DNA of 26,532 nucleotides from a virus (Duplodnaviria; Caudoviricetes): positions 1-26,532 of the IMG/VR virus record IMGVR_UViG_3300017774_005665; one strand, written 5' to 3'. Positions 16,058 through 24,900 of this stretch are shown here, in pieces (the first letter of the stretch is position 1; each line of letters opens with the position of its first letter). The notes under the pieces were generated by a model that did no database searches, was not told where the DNA came from, and saw nothing but the letters and a program-made list of their open reading frames with translations. Made by a program: the position numbers and the translations under genes.

Positions 16058-18951
16058 TATCAGACACGGCCTTAAATTCCGAATTGTCGTTTGACAGGCA
16101 GGCCTCTTTTGAGGGCGGCGTTGACAAGCTGTCCCAGCCTCGGCTTCTAAAAGAAAATCAGTGCTCCAATCTTTTAAATGTAGAGTTAGATAACTACGGT
16201 CGAGTATCAACAAGGCAGGGGGTTGTAAGGCTTCCCGATGTGTTTGATCCCCAGACCGAGCTTTTGGGCGTAGTTGCCACCGTAACTGATGGGCAAGTGT
16301 CAACTGCGGTTCCTCTGTCCTATAGCTCCTCGTATTTTGGGGGTGGGTACGCCTCTTTAGGCCAGAATCATTTTGTAAGATATATTCCGGCAGGTTCCAC
16401 GCTCTCAAACAACGATAATTTCATATTGAGGGTAGATCGCGGGAGTAACCTAAAAATTACTATTAAATTAACAGCCGGAACGGGTTCTCTTGACTGGGGG
16501 GACTTAGCTTCGTCCGTAATACCCGCAGCGACAACGCAGCTTACTAGGCAGTACACCCTAGCGGCATATGCGCCCCCTTCTCTTGACTTCAATAGGTGGG
16601 AATATACTAGGGCTATTTCAAGCAACGCATCTTATAGAACGCTTGTGGCATATGCAGAGGGAAACGCCACAACAATACCCAAAACCGGATGGACTACATA
16701 TAATACTCTTCCCGCTGCAATCGCTTCAATTTCCTATCAAGTGCCGCCCCCCACAACTGTCGACGGCATGTTCTCCGTTTTTGTTCCAAGCAAAAACGAC
16801 GAGGCACTCCATGTGTTTAGGAGCGGAAACATATATCAATTTAACGGGTGGGACAGAGGCTGGAAGAAAATTGCAACTAACTCTTATGCGGCGGGCAAGG
16901 TCATATACCAATGCAATCTTTCTAATTTCATCTACTATACCGATGGGCTTCCGTCATCAAATTTAAAGAAGTACGACTCGTCCACGGGCGTGGTGTCCAC
17001 AATTCTGTCCTCAACCCAAAACACCGAAACATCCGGATACACTGCTTCTTTTGCTAAGTTTGTAAATGCTGGCTTCACATTTCCCCAGTTTTCCGCGACA
17101 GCCGCCACCTACGATGCTGCCACAAAAAAAATAACTCTTACTACCGCATCTGACCATGGGCTGAGCATTGGGCAAACTGTAGTTATTTTCGGCCAGACGG
17201 GGAACAATGTTCCTTTAAATGGCGAGTTTCCAATAGCAGAAGCAACCCTCAATACGCTCGCGTTCTTTATTAATACAGTTCCGGCGGGAGCGTTGACTGT
17301 GCCTCTTAAATTTGGAGAGGCCGAGGCAATGAAGACAATAACCTTTCTTTTTTCTTCGTATCCGCCCCTGTTAACCGTCGGTCAAACAGTTGCCATTGCG
17401 GGCGGAGAAGATGATCAGGATGTTTTAAATGGGATATGGACTGTCGCCTCAACCCCAACAAACTCGACTGTTACATTTAGAATCAACATAACCCCGAGGT
17501 CTTTGCTTGCCAATACTACCCTTTACACAAACAGGGTCAAAATCTCGAAAACAAACCACGGTTTTGTTGCCGGCGACAAGATAACCATTGATGGGCAGAA
17601 GGGGCTAAACGAGCCTCTCAACGGGACATGGGAGGTTATGTCAACACAGCTAACCGCCAATTCCTTTATGATCGAGCTCAGTGTCTGCCCAAAGGAGGCA
17701 TTCGTAAATTCTGATATAAAGATTACGAAAGAAATACCAACCGCCCCCAAGGGCATGACGAATCTGTGCGTGGCTAACGGCAGGATGTTTGCAAGCTGCC
17801 TGATTGGCGGCGAAATGGCTGCCGACACGCTTCTTGTCAGCGACTTCCTTTCTGAAAACTTTGATCTAATTACCAACACAATCAGGGTCGGTGGGGATGG
17901 CGGAAGGATAACCTCCATCGTTCCTTGGACTGGCGACAGGCTTGTTGTTTTTAAGGAAACTGGCGTTTATGTGGTTACCGGAATAACCCAAAAGAATGCG
18001 GCCAGCTTTACCATATCTGCTGTTGATAGTGTTGTGGGTGCCATAAACCAGAGAAGCTGTTCTCGCGTTGGGGCAGACATTGTCTTCGTGGCTTCGGACG
18101 GAATTAGGACGCTTTCAAGAACCCTTCAGGGCAGCGAACAAGCTGTCTCCATATCTGCCAGTAGGCCGGTTTACTCCTTGTTCGACAAGTTTGTTAAGTC
18201 TGAGCCGGAGAAGATCATAACAGCTTTTGCCGAGAACACCCTTTTTGTCTCAGGCCTTGTGGCCGATGACCCCGTCAAGAACAGGCAGACCATCGTGTTT
18301 GATACGGCAATAGGGGTTTGGGTCGGCGAGTTCACCGGCTCATTCTATCCGACAGCGTGGTGCATGGCCATTGATGCAGCCACACTTCCTTCGTGGCTCG
18401 ACGCAGTCCTTCCGTTTACCCTTAGCGGAAGAATAAACAGAAAGGCTGCCTTTGTATTCGGGTCAGAAGCTGGGCAAGTATTCCTTTGGAGGAAGGGTCA
18501 TAAATATAATGCCTCAGACAGGGTTACATATAACGACGATGTTGAAGACCCGCTTGATTTATTGCAGCCCATCCAGACCAGCTATTCAAGCAGGGGGTTC
18601 ACATTCGGCGAGGCCGTTTCCGAGAAAATAGGCAATACCGTTGAGATAGAGTTCGAGGGCTCTAGGGATGCCCAGATAAATGTTAGTGCTAAGTACGACA
18701 CTGAAGATGCGGAAATATACTTGGCCGACATCGATACCGGAGACAATTTCTTGAGGCTGCCCGCCAATCTCCCGAATGTCATCTCTGGTCGTGCCGGAAT
18801 TCCGACTGAGACTGTCAGCATAATCGATGCCCCAAGGTTTAGAGAGGCGATTGTCAAATGCTCGGCTCCGGCAGGAAAGATGTCCATAAAGGGCGTTACG
18901 CTTACTGGCTATGTTCAGCCGTACAATACCAACTTCTCAATATCAAATTGA
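16048..18951 (+). CDS. Tail nozzle / tubular protein B (P22 gp10-like) with inserted domains
   Basis: 967 aa. N-terminal SFEGGV...NV.LD..G.V.TRQG, beta-propeller-like RLVVFKETGVY and IVFVASDGIRTL, plus three HG-x4-V-x-I-x-G...LNG-x-W/F repeats. Confidence 0.8.
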   Translation: MPLISDTALNSELSFDRQASFEGGVDKLSQPRLLKENQCSNLLNVELDNYGRVSTRQGVVRLPDVFDPQTELLGVVATVTDGQVSTAVPLSYSSSYFGGGYASLGQNHFVRYIPAGSTLSNNDNFILRVDRGSNLKITIKLTAGTGSLDWGDLASSVIPAATTQLTRQYTLAAYAPPSLDFNRWEYTRAISSNASYRTLVAYAEGNATTIPKTGWTTYNTLPAAIASISYQVPPPTTVDGMFSVFVPSKNDEALHVFRSGNIYQFNGWDRGWKKIATNSYAAGKVIYQCNLSNFIYYTDGLPSSNLKKYDSSTGVVSTILSSTQNTETSGYTASFAKFVNAGFTFPQFSATAATYDAATKKITLTTASDHGLSIGQTVVIFGQTGNNVPLNGEFPIAEATLNTLAFFINTVPAGALTVPLKFGEAEAMKTITFLFSSYPPLLTVGQTVAIAGGEDDQDVLNGIWTVASTPTNSTVTFRINITPRSLLANTTLYTNRVKISKTNHGFVAGDKITIDGQKGLNEPLNGTWEVMSTQLTANSFMIELSVCPKEAFVNSDIKITKEIPTAPKGMTNLCVANGRMFASCLIGGEMAADTLLVSDFLSENFDLITNTIRVGGDGGRITSIVPWTGDRLVVFKETGVYVVTGITQKNAASFTISAVDSVVGAINQRSCSRVGADIVFVASDGIRTLSRTLQGSEQAVSISASRPVYSLFDKFVKSEPEKIITAFAENTLFVSGLVADDPVKNRQTIVFDTAIGVWVGEFTGSFYPTAWCMAIDAATLPSWLDAVLPFTLSGRINRKAAFVFGSEAGQVFLWRKGHKYNASDRVTYNDDVEDPLDLLQPIQTSYSSRGFTFGEAVSEKIGNTVEIEFEGSRDAQINVSAKYDTEDAEIYLADIDTGDNFLRLPANLPNVISGRAGIPTETVSIIDAPRFREAIVKCSAPAGKMSIKGVTLTGYVQPYNTNFSISN

Positions 18952-18976
18952 CACAAGCAACTGCTAAGCATACGAT
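18948..18976 (+). promoter_or_regulatory. Near-consensus sigma70 promoter containing the operator-like motif
   Basis: TTGACA 18948-18953, 17-nt spacer containing AACTGCTAAGCA, TACGAT 18971-18976. Confidence 0.65.
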
Positions 18977-18998
18977 ACGCAAATGAGGTCTAAATAGC

Positions 18999-19256
18999 AT
19001 GGGTGGTGGTGGTGGCGGCGGGAATCCTCCTCCTCCCCCTGATCCTTACGCCGAAGAGCGTAGGCAGCAGGCTCTTGCGAGGGAGAGATACGAGAAGGAG
19101 CGGCAAGAGATCTACATTCCAAGGACAAATGCAATGCTCGCCCAAAAGAATGCAGAGGTAGATAACTTCTATAGTATGATTGACCAGTACTACAAGGACA
19201 CAAACCAGTACAGGAACACTCCGGTAACGGTGTATACTAAAAAACCAGCAGCCTGA
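18999..19256 (+). CDS. Small putative internal virion protein (85 aa)
   Basis: MGGGGGGGNPPPPPDPY start, a style common to podovirus ejection/pilot proteins; follows the nozzle. Confidence 0.6.
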   Translation: MGGGGGGGNPPPPPDPYAEERRQQALARERYEKERQEIYIPRTNAMLAQKNAEVDNFYSMIDQYYKDTNQYRNTPVTVYTKKPAA

Positions 19257-19690
19257 TGACTGACAGCGACTACGAGTCTGTCGCTGATTATATCCGAGAA
19301 AAGTACACGCTAGCCATAGGCTGGGGGGATATGAAGCCTTGGCTCAAGTGGTACTACGAGCAAAAGCTGTTGGGCGTTATAAGGCTTGATGGGGTTATAA
19401 CGGGGGTCGGGATGGTTAGATTCGGCGACGATCAGGAGCAGTTAGGTAACGAGGCATACTACACACATCCAAACGGCAAGATTTGCTGGGTCGAGATGAT
19501 CTGCTCGAGCGACCCAAAATCACTGGCAGCCCTCATCGGGCTCCTAATAAGTGTTTGGGGGGTGCGAGAGAGGGTGGCCTTTCACCATGGCCGTAGGCAT
19601 AGCAGGATTTTGAACTTCCCGTTCAAGCTGATGGCTAGGGCATCATTTAAGGGCTTGACCATGCTGCAACCAACTGCTAAGCAGTTATAA
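19256..19690 (+). CDS. Putative GNAT-fold-like virion assembly protein
   Basis: Position between nozzle and ejection genes (T7 gp13/P22 gp14 slot); GVITGVGMVR and ICWVEMICS strands. Fold is inferred. Confidence 0.45.
   Translation: MTDSDYESVADYIREKYTLAIGWGDMKPWLKWYYEQKLLGVIRLDGVITGVGMVRFGDDQEQLGNEAYYTHPNGKICWVEMICSSDPKSLAALIGLLISVWGVRERVAFHHGRRHSRILNFPFKLMARASFKGLTMLQPTAKQL
19655..19686 (+). promoter_or_regulatory. Putative promoter with a perfect palindrome
   Basis: TTGACC 19655-19660, 17-nt spacer, TAAGCA 19678-19683; AACTGCT-A-AGCAGTT at 19672-19686. Confidence 0.5.
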
Positions 19691-19704
19691 AAGGTATATA
19701 ACAT

Positions 19705-20757
19705 ATGGGATCACCATCAATTCCGGCAGCCCCTCCACCGCCCCCCGCGCCTCCGTCGACAACCGGAGCGGACATCTCAATCGCGAACAAGGAGGCAATG
19801 GAGTATTACGCAACTACCGGATATCCCCTAATTTTAGAGGCACTTCGTCAGGGCAAAATGTCCTCCTTGGGGACAGATCTTGATATATATCGTAAAACAT
19901 CTGACGCATCGGTCGAGAATCAGCTAACGCTTGCACGGCGTTATGGTGGCGATGCTGCCAACCTGTCTCGCACGCTGATGCGGAGATCAGACCCGCAAAG
20001 GTTTGAAACTGCCGAAAGATACGGAGATTCCATTAATTCAGATCTTGCGCAAGGCTCTAAGGCCAGCCCGTCCGAGGCGCGCGCTGCCGAGCAGGACATT
20101 CGCTCTGCCCAAGCATCTCGCGGCAATCTTTACGGGAATGCCCCTACGGCCACTGAGGTCTTGGCAAAATTTAATGTTGGCCAACAGCTTCGCCAGCAGC
20201 GTCTGGCTAACGCCCAGAGCTATCTGGGGCTTGCTCCGATTGCCGGTCAAATCCCCTCTGCCACTCCTTCAGGTCAGGCCTTCCAGCCAACGATCCCGCT
20301 GCCAATGGCAAACTCGCCATTCATGGGTGGTCAGCAGATGTTGCAGGGGGCAGGAATCAACGCGCAGAACTACGGCTCGCAGCTTAACTATCTATCCAGC
20401 ACTTATGGTGCTCAAACGGCAGCTAATGCAGCCACATACCAGAATCCCCTTGCTGCCGGAATTGGCGCGGCTCAAGGAATCGTTGGTATCGGCATGGGTA
20501 TTGGCGGACTGCTTTGCTGGTTGGCTCGCGAAGTTTACGGCGAGAGCGACAACAATTGGGTCTATTTCCGCGAGTGGATGCTGAGCTTTGCGCCTGAATG
20601 GCTGTTCAAGCTCTACTGCAAGCACGGAATGTGGCTGGCTAAGTTCGTGTCGGGCAAGCCAATGCTGAAGGGCATTATCCGTAAATTTATGGATACCAAG
20701 GTTGGCGAGATGAAGTTAAGACTAGCCCCTTACGGATTTACGCCCCAACAGGCTTAG
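19705..20757 (+). CDS. DNA ejection/pilot protein with a C-terminal CWxARxVYG domain
   Basis: Pro-rich N-terminus, Q/A-rich helices with ASRGNLYG, a Gly-rich hydrophobic segment, then CWLAREVYG...WVYFREW...APEWLFKLY. Confidence 0.65.
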   Translation: MGSPSIPAAPPPPPAPPSTTGADISIANKEAMEYYATTGYPLILEALRQGKMSSLGTDLDIYRKTSDASVENQLTLARRYGGDAANLSRTLMRRSDPQRFETAERYGDSINSDLAQGSKASPSEARAAEQDIRSAQASRGNLYGNAPTATEVLAKFNVGQQLRQQRLANAQSYLGLAPIAGQIPSATPSGQAFQPTIPLPMANSPFMGGQQMLQGAGINAQNYGSQLNYLSSTYGAQTAANAATYQNPLAAGIGAAQGIVGIGMGIGGLLCWLAREVYGESDNNWVYFREWMLSFAPEWLFKLYCKHGMWLAKFVSGKPMLKGIIRKFMDTKVGEMKLRLAPYGFTPQQA

Positions 20758-20761
20758 TCAC

Positions 20762-21922
20762 ATGGCTGATCAATTCGGCAGCGTAGCCCAAGCTGGGGCA
20801 TACATGATGAACGCTGGGCTGGACGCGATGAGCCAGCGAAGGCAGATGCAGATCAACCAAGAGGAGCAGGAGAGAGACAGGGCATTTAGGGCTGAGCAAG
20901 CCGAAAGGACAAGACAGGCCTCATCCCGCGAAAATGAATTAGATCGGGCGAGCAAGAGAGCCCTCAACACAGACATGTCCGAGGCAGAGAAAATGCTTCT
21001 TGAGCGTAAGCTGCAATCGGCGAGTGCGGAGGCTCAGAAAGACAGGGATTTTAAATCTACGGAGCTCGCAAATGAGCGAGGCCTTGACCAGCAGAAGATT
21101 GATAATGACAGCCTTAGAGCAAACTCCGACAAGCGAAGAGTCGATATTGAGGAGGCAACATTCCAGCGCAATGATCCGGCCAACTTTAGGGCAGACGCTG
21201 ATTACACGATTGGCGCGTTTACTGAGCTAGCCACAAAGATGCGGGTCAATGAGGCCGCAATCAGCAAGGCGATGGCTCAAGGGGAACCCCAAGACAGCGT
21301 GTACATGATTGGCTTGTTGGCTCAAAAGGATGCTCTCGGCGCATATATGTCGAGAAAGGGGGGCTCTCTATTTGGCGCGAAGTACAAGCTCGAGGTGGAT
21401 ACTGCCACCGGCTCAGAAAAAATCGTGTCCGATCAGGTTTCACTGAATGACATCCTTTCCATGCGGACACACTTGGGCAGGGGGGTTGAAGGCTTTCAGG
21501 CTCAGCCAAAGGCCACATCGCAGGATTTGCTCAAGAGCGCATACGACTCCATGCCGAAGTCGCCTCGCTCTTCATATCAAACAGCCCCGCCACCCACGCA
21601 ATCCGTCATGCCTAGAACTGGTGCCGATCCTTTTGGTTTCGGTACAGAGTCTGAGTCATCGCAATCCACGACACCCCGAGGCCAAGTCCCTGATGATGTC
21701 GATGAAGTAATAGACACTCGCGCAGGGAAAAGAGAAACGATTCAAAGCAATTTAGAAAAAACAAGCAGTTCAATAAAAAAGGCGAAAGCCAAGAAAGATC
21801 TGGAGAATTTAAGGTCTTCGGGAAGGTATCAGGTGGGCGGCAGAGATTCAGCGTTGGGTAAGAAAGCCGCAGCCGAAAAACAAAGACGGATGGCGGAGCT
21901 CGAGGCCATTCTTTCCGAGTAA
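20762..21922 (+). CDS. Putative ejection protein (386 aa)
   Basis: Q/E/R-rich coiled-coil N-terminus; position between the pilot protein and the giant virion protein. Confidence 0.6.
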   Translation: MADQFGSVAQAGAYMMNAGLDAMSQRRQMQINQEEQERDRAFRAEQAERTRQASSRENELDRASKRALNTDMSEAEKMLLERKLQSASAEAQKDRDFKSTELANERGLDQQKIDNDSLRANSDKRRVDIEEATFQRNDPANFRADADYTIGAFTELATKMRVNEAAISKAMAQGEPQDSVYMIGLLAQKDALGAYMSRKGGSLFGAKYKLEVDTATGSEKIVSDQVSLNDILSMRTHLGRGVEGFQAQPKATSQDLLKSAYDSMPKSPRSSYQTAPPPTQSVMPRTGADPFGFGTESESSQSTTPRGQVPDDVDEVIDTRAGKRETIQSNLEKTSSSIKKAKAKKDLENLRSSGRYQVGGRDSALGKKAAAEKQRRMAELEAILSE

Positions 21923-21940
21923 TAGGCAGGGGCTAGGAAT

Positions 21941-24900
21941 ATGGCTCTGGCCACTTGGGATGAAATTAAAGCCCAGATTGGGTACGAAGATTTATCAACT
22001 GAAGACAGGCTGATTGCCTCGGATAAGTATGCCGACTATTTCCGGAAGTACTATACAGAGGTAGAGCCACAAGACGCTCAGGCCGTAGACGAGGCGGCAA
22101 GTTCCTTTATTTATAAAAACTCGGATGACGAGCTAGGCTCTTTAAATCCAGTCCGGAGGGGTGCCCAGTTCTTTGCCGGCATCGGCAGGGGGCTGTTTGA
22201 TTCCGCCAGCAGCAGCATCAAGGGCGTTGCTTTAGCCCAGCAAATGATTGGCGAGAAGACGGGAGCTTATGCCGACAATGATCCCGTCACGGAAAGGGAT
22301 GCCTACCAGATTGGCCGAGATCTCGACGAATTCGCCAAGTCAGCGTTTGGCTTGGAAGATCCAAGGCTTCGCAACGATTTTCTAAACACGCTGTTCCCCG
22401 AGGCAATCGGAACTGCCCTCGGATTTGCAACCGCTGGAGGCATCGCGGCAGGCACACTTGCTGTGGCCGCGCCTGCGGCGGCAGCCGCCCCAATTGGCCT
22501 TGGCCTAACCGGCGCAACAGCAGCAGCGAGTCTTGCCACCGGAGCACTCGGAACATTGCAGCAGGGGCAGCAAGGGTACGAGGAGGCCAAGCAGTACGGA
22601 GCCGACGAGGGAACCGCCAGATTGTCCGCCCTTATTAACGCGCCCCTTGGCGCGACTGAGGCTATCCCATTTGCCTCTCAGGGCGTAAAGCTGGCAGGCA
22701 AATTTGCGGGGGGTCTTTCTGGAGGTGCCCTGCGATCTGTGTTTAAGACCTTTGGTAAGGACGGAATTTTACAAGGGGTAGCTAAGACGGCAGCGGAAGA
22801 GTCATTGCAAGAAGGCTTTCAGCAGCTTGGCGGAAACATCATTGCCCAAAATCTTTACGACCCCAACCGAGGCACGCTTGAGGGTGTCGGGACGGCAATG
22901 GCATTGGGTGGTCTTGTTGGAGGAACCATAGGCGGGGGAGTCAACGCGATTGTCAGAGACAACGAGTCCTTCTACGCAGATGAGCTTGGCAAGGATATTG
23001 AAGAAAAGACTGCGCTGGCAAGTGCGGCCGTCGATGAAAGGCGGGAGCAGATTTTATATGCAGCCAGAAATGCATACCGGACAAGCGAGAGTAAGGTCGA
23101 CCTAGAAACCGGCGAGGAGACTTCTACAGAGAAATCAAAGACAGTGTTTGGCGACAGGCTTGGCGGTGATGTGCCGGACATCGGAGAAAACCCAGCCCTG
23201 AATAGCGTGCCGATAGGCAGGGATATCAGACAGGACAAGGACGGCACGAATATCGAGACGATCACTTACCACACTCCGATGGGGCTGCTTTGGGAGGCGG
23301 AGTTTAAGAGCGGCCAGCCGATTGCGGTTCGCGATGTTACCGATACAAGTCCAACCCTACAGCCACTTAGGGAGCCCCAAGACCCAGCTACTGCTAGGGC
23401 TCTAGGCCGTGGCCTAAAAGAGGAGTTCGGACTTGAGACTGAGGGCGAGATGGATCGGCGACTGATCGATGAGGCCACAAGGCGGATGCAATCAGGAAGA
23501 GAGGGGATCGGCAAGGAGGCGACACCAATCAATCAGCTTGAGACACCGAGAGTGCCCGAGCGCGACGATGCCGGCGTTGCAAGACAAGAGCAGTTGGCTC
23601 GGGAAATCGACCGCCTGTACAGGCTGCGCGACTCCTCGCTGGCTAAGCAAATTTTAACAGGGCAAAGCCCCGATGCGGGATCTGTGGGAGATGGCAATCC
23701 AAACACGGCCGTCGAGGTGATCAAATACGACAACAACGGCAGAGTTGTGCAGCCAAAAGCCAAGCCCACTCAATTAGTCTCTCGTCTAAACACCATGATA
23801 GCAGCTAGGGAAAGGGAGTTGCGAGGCCTGAAGGCCAGACCCGAATCCTACATATATGCATCGGTCAGGAATCAGCCCCCAAGCTATTCGCAAAGGGCTG
23901 CTCTAGTGCAGGGTTATGAGAGGCTCTGGAACAGCATCACATCCCCTCAATTAAGAAAGCAGATTGATATGGAGGTGGGCAACATTGATGAGGCCGCAGC
24001 CTCTATGAATCTGCCCTTGGGCGCAGTCGCCTACTACCGGAAGGCCATTCAGGGGCGCAAGGAAATGATCTTCCTGTCTGACAAGTTGGCCACAAATCAA
24101 ACAGTCACCAGAGAGATGCTGCATGAGCTTGGGCATTCCTTTTGGCACACGCTGCCTGCCGGCATCCAGTCTAAGGTTATCCAGCTTTGGAAGGCCGAAA
24201 CCGGATCGAGGACTGGGGTCTTGTTTGAGGAGGGCGGCGCGCTCAAGCCAGAGGTAAGCCCGTATGTTATGACAAGCCCCCAAGAGTTTTTCTCTGAAAG
24301 GTTGTCGTGGACTAACGACAACTGGGCGAAGGGCAGGACTGAGGCAAGTGGCATCATGCAGAAAACCGGCAACGGTTTCCGGAGCATGCTGGACAGATTC
24401 CTAAGATACACCGGCCACGGAGAACGACTAAATCTTGAGTTTAAAACATTCCTAAATCAGGGAGACAGGTTTGCCGCATCGAGAGATAGATCTGTTGCCT
24501 CGTTTGCGGCCGAGGGGGCTCAGTCTGGATTTGACACAGGGCTCAAGCGGGAAGTCTCTGCCTCGGTCAGAGGGATGCTGGATTTCGGCAAGATCTATGA
24601 CTTCGTAAAATCTAACGAGGGCGGGTTTACCGTAGACCCAGTGCAATTTAGAATGCCGCAAAGCGGATTTGTTGTAGCCCCGTCCAAGAAAACAGAGGAT
24701 AGCCTTGTATACGAGATCGAGGCCGGACTCGGCAGGGAAGGCATGATCAAGGCTCTTCGCTCCTATCTTCTGTCTCAAGAGGATCTAATCAAGGGGTTTG
24801 GTTTTGGGAAAGAGCTTGTGGGGGTGGATGGCCGTGGAGCCTTCTTTGGTGGGTGGAGAAAGACCGAGGCCAATGGGGTGGCCATCCCGCAAGACCAGCA

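Noticed and set aside
23469-23657. Another +1-frame ORF within the giant gene
   Set aside because: The Cys/Arg/Ser-rich composition is typical of off-frame noise, and it does not follow a recognisable domain.
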